Positions 22,921 to 32,000 of a stretch of 32,000 nt of DNA are shown piece after piece; positions within the stretch are counted from its first letter, which is position 1; each line of letters begins with the position of its first letter. The position numbers were made by a program, and so were the translations under genes. The notes under the pieces are model-generated. The model was given only the letters and a program-made list of their open reading frames with translations. It did no database searches and was not told where the DNA came from. The DNA lies in contig NZ_JBAJEY010000001.1 of the NCBI RefSeq assembly GCF_039822285.1, forward strand, positions 611,540 through 643,539. Reading direction: 5' to 3'. Origin of the DNA: Thiofaba sp. EF100 (GTDB taxonomy: Bacteria; Pseudomonadota; Gammaproteobacteria; Halothiobacillales; Halothiobacillaceae).

Positions 22921-24173
22921 CAACGGTCAACCTCACCAAAGACGATGTCCTGCGTGCCGATGATGGCCACCACGTCGGCGATCATGTGCCCGCGCGACAT
23001 CTCATCCAGACCGGAGAGGTGGGCGAAGCCCGGCGCACGGATCTTCAGGCGGTACGGCTTGTTGGCGCCGTCGGACACAAGGTAGATGCCAAACTCCCCC
23101 TTCGGGTGCTCCACGGCCGAGTACACCTCCCCTTCCGGCAGGCAGAAGCCCTCGGTAAACAGCTTGAAATGGTGGATGAGGGCCTCCATGTCGGCCTTCA
23201 TCTCCTCGCGGCGCGGCGGGGCGAACTTGTGGTCCTCGGTCAACACCGGGCCCGGGTTCTTGCGCAGCCAGTCGATGCACTGCTTGATGATGCGGTTGGA
23301 CTGGCGCATCTCCTCGACCCGCACCAGATAGCGGTCGTAGCAGTCACCATTGACACCGACCGGGATGTCGAAGTCGACCTTGTCGTAGGCCGCGTAGGGC
23401 TGCTTCTTGCGCAGGTCCCACTCGATGCCGGAGCCGCGGATCATCGGCCCGGTGAAGCCCATGGCCAGCGCACGCTCGGGGGACACCACGCCGATGCCGA
23501 CGGTGCGCTGCTTCCAGATGCGGTTGTCGGTCAGCAGGGTTTCGTATTCGTCCACCAGGGCCGGGAAGCGCTGGGTGAAGTCCTCAAGGAAGTCGAGCAT
23601 CGAACCCTGGCGGGCCTCGTTCATGCGCGCCACATCGCGGGCCGAGTGCCACTTGGACGGGCTGTACTGCGGCATGGCGTCCGGCAGGTCGCGGGCGACA
23701 CCGCCCGGACGGTAGTAGGTCGCGTGCAGACGGGCGCCCGAGACTGCCTCGTAGCAGTCCATCAGGTCCTCACGCTCGCGGAAGCAGTACAGGAACACCG
23801 ACATGGCACCGATGTCGAGGGCATGCGCCCCGAGCCACAGCAGGTGGTTCAGGATGCGGGTGATCTCATCGAACATCGTGCGGATGTAGAGCGCACGCTC
23901 CGGCACCTGGATGCCGGCCAGCTTCTCCATCGCCATCACATAGGCGTGCTCGTTGCACATCATGGACACGTAGTCGAGACGATCCATGTAGCCGATGCTC
24001 TGGTTGTAGGGCTTGCTCTCGGCCAGCTTCTCGGTGGCCCGGTGCAGAAGGCCGATGTGGGGATCGGCGCGCACCACCGTCTCGCCATCCAGTTCGAGGA
24101 CCAGGCGCAGCACACCGTGGGCCGAGGGGTGCTGCGGGCCGAAGTTCAGCGTGTAGTTTTGAATCTCGGGCAC
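22920..24173 (-). CDS. nuoD: NADH-quinone oxidoreductase subunit D
   Basis: 417 aa; [26 protein letters not shown]...[15 protein letters not shown] start at 24173. Separate from nuoC (not fused). Confidence 0.95.
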   Translation of the reverse strand: MPEIQNYTLNFGPQHPSAHGVLRLVLELDGETVVRADPHIGLLHRATEKLAESKPYNQSIGYMDRLDYVSMMCNEHAYVMAMEKLAGIQVPERALYIRTMFDEITRILNHLLWLGAHALDIGAMSVFLYCFREREDLMDCYEAVSGARLHATYYRPGGVARDLPDAMPQYSPSKWHSARDVARMNEARQGSMLDFLEDFTQRFPALVDEYETLLTDNRIWKQRTVGIGVVSPERALAMGFTGPMIRGSGIEWDLRKKQPYAAYDKVDFDIPVGVNGDCYDRYLVRVEEMRQSNRIIKQCIDWLRKNPGPVLTEDHKFAPPRREEMKADMEALIHHFKLFTEGFCLPEGEVYSAVEHPKGEFGIYLVSDGANKPYRLKIRAPGFAHLSGLDEMSRGHMIADVVAIIGTQDIVFGEVDR

Positions 24174-24176
24174 GAC

Positions 24177-24893
24177 TCAGCCCTTCTTCTGCTTGGAGAG
24201 GATGTAGCGGTGATCGTCGCGGATCACCCGCGGCACCAGCACGCGCGGTTCAATACTGACCGGTTCGTACACCACGCGGCCCTTGGCCTCGTCGTAGCGC
24301 ATCTCGACGTGTCCGATGAGCGGGAAGTCCTTGCGGAACGGGTAACCGACGAAACCGTAGTCGGTGAGGATGCGGCGCAGGTCGGGGTGACCATCGAACA
24401 AGATGCCGAACAGATCAAAGGCCTCGCGCTCGAACCAGTTGGCGGCGGACCAGATGTCGCACACCGAGGGCAGGACCGGCATCTCGGCATCCGCGCAGTA
24501 CACGCGCAGGCGCAGGCGTGCGTTGTGGCGATAGGAGAGCAGATGGTAAACCACGGCAAAACGCGGACGCTCGGGGGCCGCCAGCGGCAGATCGTCACCG
24601 AACTTCAGCCGCCCCGCAGTGGCCTCCTGCACACCGCGGCTGAAGCCGCCCTTGCTGACCGTGTCATCGGCCATCCACTCGCTCTTGCCGTAGTCGCTGT
24701 AGTCGACGCCGCACAGATCGACCAGCTGCTCGAAGGCAAAGTCGGCCTCCGAACACAGCGCCTCACAGACGTACAGCAGCTCCTCCGCCGGAAGCTCGAG
24801 GGTCAGCTCATCATGCTTCTGGACCAGCGCGCTGAAGCGCCCCGCGAAGCGGGACTCCAGTTCACCGCGCAGTTGCTCAAGGGATTTAGCCAT
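24177..24893 (-). CDS. nuoC: NADH-quinone oxidoreductase subunit C
   Basis: 238 aa; [39 protein letters not shown]. Carries a ~35-aa internal loop relative to ~200-aa NuoC proteins. Confidence 0.93.
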   Translation of the reverse strand: MAKSLEQLRGELESRFAGRFSALVQKHDELTLELPAEELLYVCEALCSEADFAFEQLVDLCGVDYSDYGKSEWMADDTVSKGGFSRGVQEATAGRLKFGDDLPLAAPERPRFAVVYHLLSYRHNARLRLRVYCADAEMPVLPSVCDIWSAANWFEREAFDLFGILFDGHPDLRRILTDYGFVGYPFRKDFPLIGHVEMRYDEAKGRVVYEPVSIEPRVLVPRVIRDDHRYILSKQKKG

Positions 24894-24896
24894 GGC

Positions 24897-25388
24897 TTAT
24901 GCCTCGATGGGCTGGCGCGCGATGGTGCTGGTGCGCCGGATCTTGTTCTGAAGCTGGATGATGCCGTAGAGCAACGCCTCCGCCGTGGGCGGGCAGCCAG
25001 GCACGTAGATGTCCACCGGCACGATGCGGTCGCAGCCGCGCACCACGGCATAGGAATAGTGATAGTAGCCACCGCCGTTGGCACAGGACCCCATGGAGAT
25101 GACCCAGCGCGGCTCCGCCATCTGGTCGTAGACCTTGCGCAGGGCCGGGGCCATCTTGTTGACCAGGGTGCCGGCAACGATCATCACGTCCGACTGGCGC
25201 GGGCTTGGGCGGAATACCACCCCGAAGCGATCGAGGTCATAGCGCGATGCGCCGGCGTGCATCATCTCCACCGCACAGCAGGCCAGACCAAAGGTCATCG
25301 GCCACAGCGAGCCGGTACGCGCCCAATTGATGAGCTTGTCAGCAGAAGTCGTGACAAAGCCCTTGTCGAGAACACCTTCTATTCCCAT
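24897..25388 (-). CDS. nuoB: NADH-quinone oxidoreductase subunit B
   Basis: 163 aa from the ATG at 25388 ([15 protein letters not shown]); [37 protein letters not shown]. Overlaps the nuoA 3' end by 10 nt. Confidence 0.93.
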   Translation of the reverse strand: MGIEGVLDKGFVTTSADKLINWARTGSLWPMTFGLACCAVEMMHAGASRYDLDRFGVVFRPSPRQSDVMIVAGTLVNKMAPALRKVYDQMAEPRWVISMGSCANGGGYYHYSYAVVRGCDRIVPVDIYVPGCPPTAEALLYGIIQLQNKIRRTSTIARQPIEA

Positions 25389-25735
25389 TCCAGAGCCCCC
25401 TTCTTCCACTCGTAGACAAACCCGATCACCAGGATGAGCAGGAACAGGCCCATGGCCAGCAGGCCGAAGGTGCCGATCTCATCCAGGGCGACGGCCCAGG
25501 GAAAGAGAAATGCGATCTCGAGGTCGAAGATGATGAAAAGGATGGCGACGAGGTAGTAGCGCACGTCGAACTTCATGCGCGCATCCTCGAAGGCGGCAAA
25601 GCCACACTCGTAGGGCGAGTCCTTCTCCTTCTCGGGACGACGGGGGGCAAATACGAAGCCCGCGGCAAGCATGGCGACACTGAACGCCAAGCCGACCACG
25701 AAGAACACCAGGACAGGAAGGTAGTTCTCCAGCAC
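25379..25735 (-). CDS. nuoA: NADH-quinone oxidoreductase subunit A
   Basis: 118 aa from the GTG at 25735 ([13 protein letters not shown]..., [41 protein letters not shown]). GGAGGAG lies 8 nt upstream. The long upstream extension in the track ORF (to 25903) would run into the tRNA gene and is rejected. Confidence 0.9.
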   Translation of the reverse strand: MLENYLPVLVFFVVGLAFSVAMLAAGFVFAPRRPEKEKDSPYECGFAAFEDARMKFDVRYYLVAILFIIFDLEIAFLFPWAVALDEIGTFGLLAMGLFLLILVIGFVYEWKKGALEWE

Positions 25736-25875
25736 GCGCCTCACTCCTCCGGACAATTGGGCGCAGGAGAAACCCGGGCACCGAGGTGCCGCATTCCAGC
25801 CTTGCGCCCTGATCGTGGTTATTGTAATGCTCGGTTCTGGCGACCGATGAATCCCGGCGAACCGGAACCCTGAAA

Positions 25876-25960
25876 TGGTGCGGATGGTGGGACTCGAACC
25901 CACACGTCTTTCGACACTACCCCCTCAAGATAGCGTGTCTACCAATTCCACCACATCCGC
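25876..25960 (-). tRNA. tRNA-Leu (anticodon GAG), CCA encoded
   Basis: Minus strand reads GCGGATGTGGTGGAATTGGTAGACACGCTATCTTGAGGGGGTAGTGTCGAAAGACGTGTGGGTTCGAGTCCCACCATCCGCACCA. It has a 7-bp acceptor stem, anticodon stem CTATC/GGTAG with loop TTGAGGG, a long variable arm and a GGTTCGAGTCC T-arm. Sits 5 nt after secG, the same arrangement as E. coli secG-leuU. Confidence 0.92.
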
Positions 25961-25965
25961 GATGA

Positions 25966-26292
25966 TCATTTGGCCGACGGCACATCCGTCGGCTTGCTTT
26001 CCTGCGGAACAACCTCCGTGCTGACGGGGACTTCCGAGGATACGACGCTGCTCCGCTGCGGAGCGGACGTAACAATATACGCAAGAAGCAGGCTTGTCAC
26101 GAAAAAAATCGCAACCAGCCAGGCCGTGGTGCGGCTCAGGAAGGTGGCCGCGCCACGCGCACCAAAAACAGTCGACGAAGCGCCGCTACCGAAGGCCGCA
26201 CCTGCGTCCGCCCCTTTGCCTTGCTGCATCAGGACCAGCCCGATCAGCACAATGCCGACGAGCACATGAAAACCGACCAGCAGAGCGGTCAT
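25966..26292 (-). CDS. secG: preprotein translocase subunit SecG
   Basis: 108 aa from the ATG at 26292; [29 protein letters not shown] matches E. coli SecG. The ATG overlaps the tpiA TGA. Confidence 0.92.
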   Translation of the reverse strand: MTALLVGFHVLVGIVLIGLVLMQQGKGADAGAAFGSGASSTVFGARGAATFLSRTTAWLVAIFFVTSLLLAYIVTSAPQRSSVVSSEVPVSTEVVPQESKPTDVPSAK

Positions 26293-27041
26293 GCCGCACC
26301 CCCAGCTGCTGCACAAATGGCCATGAAATCTTCCGCCTTGAGCGAGGCCCCACCGATCAGGCCGCCGTCGATGTCCGGCATGGCCATGAGTTCGGCCGCG
26401 TTTTCCGGCTTCATGCTGCCACCATACTGGATGCGCGCGCGCGAGGCCACGCCCGCGTCATGCGCCGCCAGGCGGGCCCGGATAAAGGCATGAACCTGCT
26501 GCGCCTGTTCAGGCGTGGCGGTACGCCCGGTGCCGATCGCCCAGACCGGCTCATAGGCGATCAGCGCCCGCTCGAAGGCCGCGACACCGGAAACCCCGAG
26601 CACCGCATCCAGCTGACGCGCAACCACCGACTCGGTCACCCCCTGCTCGCGCTCCTCCAGCGTCTCCCCCACACACAGGATGGGACACAGGCCAGCGCGC
26701 AGGGCATTGGCGAACTTACGGGCCACATCTTCATCCGTCTCGCCACACAGGGCGCGGCGCTCGGAGTGACCGACGATGACATAGGAACAACCGGCATCGC
26801 TCAGCATGGAGGCCGACACCTCACCGGTGTAGGCGCCATCCTGCTCATACAGAGAGACATCCTGGGCACCGACACCGATGCCTTTGCCTCCCAGCCCCTC
26901 GACGACCTGCCGGATGAAGATGGCCGGCGGGCAGACCGCCACATCCACGCCACCCACCGCGCGCAAACCAGCGATGAGGTGGTCAACGCTCGCACGCCGG
27001 CCATTCATCTTCCAGTTTCCTACAACGATCGGTCTGCGCAT
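26289..27041 (-). CDS. tpiA: triose-phosphate isomerase
   Basis: 250 aa from the ATG at 27041 ([14 protein letters not shown]); [31 protein letters not shown]. Confidence 0.95.
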   Translation of the reverse strand: MRRPIVVGNWKMNGRRASVDHLIAGLRAVGGVDVAVCPPAIFIRQVVEGLGGKGIGVGAQDVSLYEQDGAYTGEVSASMLSDAGCSYVIVGHSERRALCGETDEDVARKFANALRAGLCPILCVGETLEEREQGVTESVVARQLDAVLGVSGVAAFERALIAYEPVWAIGTGRTATPEQAQQVHAFIRARLAAHDAGVASRARIQYGGSMKPENAAELMAMPDIDGGLIGGASLKAEDFMAICAAAGGAA

Positions 27042-27073
27042 GGGTATCGAAGGGTTATCAAAAACGGCCGCCA

Positions 27074-27102
27074 AGATTACTCAGAACGGGGGCCGAAATC
27101 AA
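27074..27102 (-). promoter_or_regulatory. candidate sigma70 promoter for tpiA-secG-tRNA-Leu
   Basis: Minus strand reads TTGATT (27102-27097), 17 nt, TAATCT (27079-27074), about 33 nt upstream of the tpiA ATG. Sequence match only. Confidence 0.3.
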
Positions 27103-27228
27103 ACCGTTTAACAGGTCATTGAAAAAGTCTTTCCGCGGTCTGCCAAGACACGCCGCGGGGGCGGAGAAGGCACCACGCGTGGCTGATATGCCGTCACCGC
27201 CGCCTGCAAGGCCCGCCGGGGCATCGCC

Positions 27229-28566
27229 TCAGAGCTCGGCAACCGCGCGCCGCACCAGCTCCGCCAGTTCCTCGGCCGCCTGTCGGGTGCGCGCATCATC
27301 GTCACTCTCGACCATCACCCGCACCAGCGGCTCGGTTCCAGAGGCCCGCAGGACCACGCGCCCCCTCCCATCGAAATCATTCTCGATCTCGGCCACCCGG
27401 CGCCAGACCTCGCCCAGCGCCTCCAGATCAACCTTCCGGACCAGCGGGACATTGACCATCAACTGTGGATACTTGACCACGGCCCGGCGCAGACTGCTGA
27501 GCGGCTCCGCACGCCGGCGCATGGAGGCCACCACCTGCAGCGCGGAGACAATGCCGTCCCCCGTATTGGCACGATCCAGGCAGAGGATGTGGCCGGAGCT
27601 TTCCCCGCCGTACATCCAGCCACGCTTCACCAGGGCCTCGTACACATGCCGGTCGCCCACCTTGGCGCGCACGAAGGGCAGGCCGAGCGCCTGCACCGCG
27701 AGCTCCAGACCGAGGTTGCTCATCAGGGTGCCGACCACCCCGCCGCGGTACCCCTCCTGCTCGACGCGCTCACGTACGATGGCATACAGGATCTCGTCGC
27801 CATCGAGCACCGCGCCGGTCTCGTCGACCATCACCACCCGGTCGCCGTCGCCGTCAAAGGCGATGCCCATGTGCGCGCCATGCTCCAGCACCGCCTGCCT
27901 CAGCGCCTCGGGATGGGTTGAGCCACACCCTGCGTTGATGTTGAACCCATCAGGGGCCACGCCGAGCGCGACAACCTCCGCCCCGAGTTCGGCAAAAACC
28001 TTGGGCGCAATGTGATAGGTGGCGCCATGCGCGCAGTCGAGCACGACGCGCAGGCCCGAGAGGCTCGTGCCGAGCGGCAGGGTGGCCTTGCAGAATTCGA
28101 TGTAGCGTCCCGCGGCGTCGTCGATCCGACGCGCCTTGCCGAGCCGCTCGGAGGGCTCGACCTCAAGCGGGGCATCCAGCAGGGCCTCAATGGCCAACTC
28201 CATTTCATCCGGCAGCTTGGTACCCTGGGCGCTGAAGAACTTGACCCCGTTGTCCTCGAAGGGATTGTGCGAGGCGGAGATGACGATCCCGGCGGAGGCT
28301 CGCAGGGTGCGGGTCAGATAGGCGATGGCCGGGGTAGGCATGGGACCGAGAAGGCGCACCTCCACACCGGCCGCGATCAACCCGGCCTCGAGCGCCGACT
28401 CCAGCATGTAGCCGGAGATGCGCGTGTCCTTGCCAAGCACGACCTTGCGCGCCCCACTGTCGGCGAGCGCCTTGCCCGCAGCCCAGCCCAGCTTGAGGGC
28501 GAAATCCGGGGTCATGGGCCACTGCCCGACCCGCCCCCGAATCCCGTCCGTGCCGAAATACTTCAT
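27229..28566 (-). CDS. glmM: phosphoglucosamine mutase
   Basis: 445 aa; [11 protein letters not shown], active-site [22 protein letters not shown]. Confidence 0.95.
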   Translation of the reverse strand: MKYFGTDGIRGRVGQWPMTPDFALKLGWAAGKALADSGARKVVLGKDTRISGYMLESALEAGLIAAGVEVRLLGPMPTPAIAYLTRTLRASAGIVISASHNPFEDNGVKFFSAQGTKLPDEMELAIEALLDAPLEVEPSERLGKARRIDDAAGRYIEFCKATLPLGTSLSGLRVVLDCAHGATYHIAPKVFAELGAEVVALGVAPDGFNINAGCGSTHPEALRQAVLEHGAHMGIAFDGDGDRVVMVDETGAVLDGDEILYAIVRERVEQEGYRGGVVGTLMSNLGLELAVQALGLPFVRAKVGDRHVYEALVKRGWMYGGESSGHILCLDRANTGDGIVSALQVVASMRRRAEPLSSLRRAVVKYPQLMVNVPLVRKVDLEALGEVWRRVAEIENDFDGRGRVVLRASGTEPLVRVMVESDDDARTRQAAEELAELVRRAVAEL

Positions 28567-29400
28567 TCAGAACTCCCCACCTTGCGTGAGCCCTTGCCAC
28601 ACGCGCACCGCATCCACCGCAGGACGCACGGCATGCACGCGCACGATGCGGGCTCCGCGGTCCAAGGCCATGACGTGGGCCGCGAGCGAGCCGGCATCCC
28701 GGTCCGCAGGCAACGTCGCACCGGTCAACTGGCCGATCATGCGCTTGCGCGACATCCCGACCAGCAACGGAAAGCCGCGCGCCGCAAGGCGTGGCAGGGC
28801 ATGGAAAAGTGCGCGATTGTGGCCGAAGTCCTTGGCGAAACCAAATCCGGGGTCGAGGGCGATGGCATGGGCAGGCACTCCGGCAGCCATGCACGCCTGC
28901 GCGCGGTCCAGCAGGAAGGCTTCCACCTCCTCCACTACATTGTCATAACAGGCCAAATCCTGCATAGCACGCGGATCGCCGCGCATATGCATGAGACAGA
29001 CGGCCACCCCACCCTCGCACACGACCTCCAGCGCGCCCGGCAGGCGCAAGGCGCGCACGTCGTTGACCAGAGCGACCCCGAGACGGATCGCCTCGCGCAT
29101 CACCTCAGGTTTGCTGGAATCGAGCGAGAGCGGCACCGGGCAGCCCTGCAACCCCTCGAGCACCGGGCCGAGGCGATCCAGCTCTTGTTGCGCACTGACC
29201 GGGGTCGCGCCCGGGCGGGTCGACTCGGCGCCCAGATCGAGCATATCGACCCCGTCCGCGATCATCGTCTCGGCCTGGGCGAGCGCTGCATCGGCCGAAA
29301 AAAAACGACCCCCGTCCGAGAAGGAGTCAGGGGTCACGTTGAGGATGCCCATGACGCGCGGTCGCTCGCGCGTCCAGGCGTGCAGGTCGAAGGCCGCCAT
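28567..29400 (-). CDS. folP: dihydropteroate synthase
   Basis: 277 aa from the ATG at 29400 (GAGGAGGG RBS upstream); GILNVTPDSFSDGG, DLGAESTRPG, RVHAV. The stop abuts the glmM ATG. Confidence 0.93.
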   Translation of the reverse strand: MAAFDLHAWTRERPRVMGILNVTPDSFSDGGRFFSADAALAQAETMIADGVDMLDLGAESTRPGATPVSAQQELDRLGPVLEGLQGCPVPLSLDSSKPEVMREAIRLGVALVNDVRALRLPGALEVVCEGGVAVCLMHMRGDPRAMQDLACYDNVVEEVEAFLLDRAQACMAAGVPAHAIALDPGFGFAKDFGHNRALFHALPRLAARGFPLLVGMSRKRMIGQLTGATLPADRDAGSLAAHVMALDRGARIVRVHAVRPAVDAVRVWQGLTQGGEF

Positions 29401-29424
29401 GCGAATCCCTCCTCTCAGGCCCAT

Positions 29425-29441
29425 ACCCCGCGGAGCGGGGT
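29425..29441 (-). other. intercistronic stem-loop between ftsH and folP
   Basis: Minus strand reads ACCCCGC-TCC-GCGGGGT (7-bp stem) with no T-run. Possibly a processing or attenuation hairpin. Confidence 0.3.
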
Positions 29442-29454
29442 CCGGCCTTCGAGA

Positions 29455-31395
<1,941 letters not shown>

Positions 31396-31438
31396 GGGAT
31401 GGCCTCGATCAATCGAAAGGACGTAAGGGTTTGAAGGA

Positions 31439-32000
31439 CTATACCACGCGCGGGTTCCGTGCCAGGGCGTAAACCTCCCTGGAACGTGAGCGGGAAGCAT
31501 CGGGTTTGCGCATGGTCACGCTGGCGAACTGGTTGCGCAGCTCGCGCAGGTAGGCGTCGAACCCCGCGCCCTGGAACAGCTTGACGAGGTAGACGCCCTG
31601 CGGCCCCAGCACACGGGCGGCGAAGTCGGCCGCAAGTTCGGCAAGGTACATCGCGCGCGGCTGGTCGACCGAATCCTGGCCGCTCATATTGGGCGCCATG
31701 TCGGAGAGGACCACATCCACGGTGCGCCCATCGAGGCGTTCGAGCAGCTGTTCGAACACGGCCTGTTCGGTGAAGTCGCCCTGGATGAAGTCCACCCCGG
31801 CGAAGCTGTCCATGGGCAGGATGTCGAGGGCGAACAGGCGGCCTTGGTCGCCAATCACGCCCGCGGCGTACTGCGACCAGCCGCCCGGCGCCGCGCCAAG
31901 ATCGACCACGACCTGGCCGGGACGCAGGATGCGGTCCCGCTCCTGCATCTCGATCAGCTTGTAGACCGCGCGCGAGCGCCAGCCCTCCTGCTTCGCGCGC
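31439..32000 (-). CDS. rlmE: 23S rRNA (uridine2552-2'-O)-methyltransferase RlmE/FtsJ (5' end outside window)
   Basis: [23 protein letters not shown] and [13 protein letters not shown] match E. coli RlmE. The frame stays open past the internal ATG at 31948 (...[21 protein letters not shown] aligns with E. coli ...KKGLRSRAWFKLDEIQQSD), so the gene starts beyond base 32000. Confidence 0.9.
   Translation of the reverse strand, partial: RAKQEGWRSRAVYKLIEMQERDRILRPGQVVVDLGAAPGGWSQYAAGVIGDQGRLFALDILPMDSFAGVDFIQGDFTEQAVFEQLLERLDGRTVDVVLSDMAPNMSGQDSVDQPRAMYLAELAADFAARVLGPQGVYLVKLFQGAGFDAYLRELRNQFASVTMRKPDASRSRSREVYALARNPRVV

Noticed and set aside
24177-24893. NuoC is 238 aa, about 35 aa longer than the ~200-aa form, because of an internal loop ([40 protein letters not shown]).
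   Set aside because: As far as I recall, NuoC proteins of 225-250 aa with an insertion at this position are normal in several gammaproteobacterial lineages. It looks lineage-typical rather than novel. An alignment would confirm this.
10945-25415. A series of long plus-strand ORFs (10945-12879, 12678-14096, 14206-16197, 17633-19138, 19307-21151, 21097-22101, 22986-25415) antisense to the nuo operon.
   Set aside because: Same reasoning: each mirrors a well-supported nuo gene, has low-complexity H/D/G/R-rich translation and lacks any recognisable family signature.
25736-25875. Possible nuo operon promoter (near-consensus TACAAT -10 on the minus strand at 25826-25821).
   Set aside because: There is no convincing -35 element at 16-18-nt spacing; the best is TTCATC at 19 nt. 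A single hexamer match is not enough to report as a feature, and transcription may also read through from tpiA-secG-tRNA-Leu.
25876-25960. tRNA-Leu considered as a possible genomic-island integration site.
   Set aside because: There is no integrase, direct repeat of the tRNA 3' end, or foreign-looking DNA next to it. The flanks are the conserved secG and nuoA genes.
29298-29305. A8/T8 homopolymer inside folP (codes RFFS), unusual in a GC-rich genome; considered as a slipped-strand phase-variation tract.
   Set aside because: The reading frame is intact and folP is an essential housekeeping gene. A single 8-nt run with no other contingency-locus features is most simply explained by Phe codons.

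Overview
High-GC (about 65%) proteobacterial chromosome segment, almost entirely core housekeeping genes. The gene order (rlmE-ftsH-folP-glmM-tpiA-secG-tRNA-Leu-nuoA..N with separate nuoC and nuoD, then a DUF2818 gene) is typical of beta- and non-enteric gammaproteobacteria; this taxon call is inference. About 21 kb (10.8-32.0 kb) is one uninterrupted minus-strand block holding the complete 14-gene NADH:quinone oxidoreductase (complex I) operon. It is followed by a convergent nudJ-mnmA-hflD unit, then icd, a flavodoxin-fold NAD(P)H oxidoreductase and a YgiQ radical-SAM gene. Only the first ~4 kb looks accessory: a PAS-GGDEF cyclase, a tightly coupled dodecin / phosphoribosyltransferase / CarS-like membrane protein cassette, and a convergent cytochrome c-metallophosphoesterase pair. 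I see no CRISPR array, integrase, transposase, toxin-antitoxin or recognisable defence genes, and I cannot honestly point to a clear new multi-gene system. The items most worth a second look are the dodecin-PRTase-CarS-like cassette, a ~197-bp MITE-like insertion with 17-bp terminal inverted repeats and 9-bp flanking direct repeats, four consecutive hairpins in the icd/nudJ divergent intergenic region, and a REP-like palindrome sitting in frame inside ygiQ. All product calls rest on my reading of the supplied translations (motifs, remembered E. coli orthologues, synteny); no database search was run.
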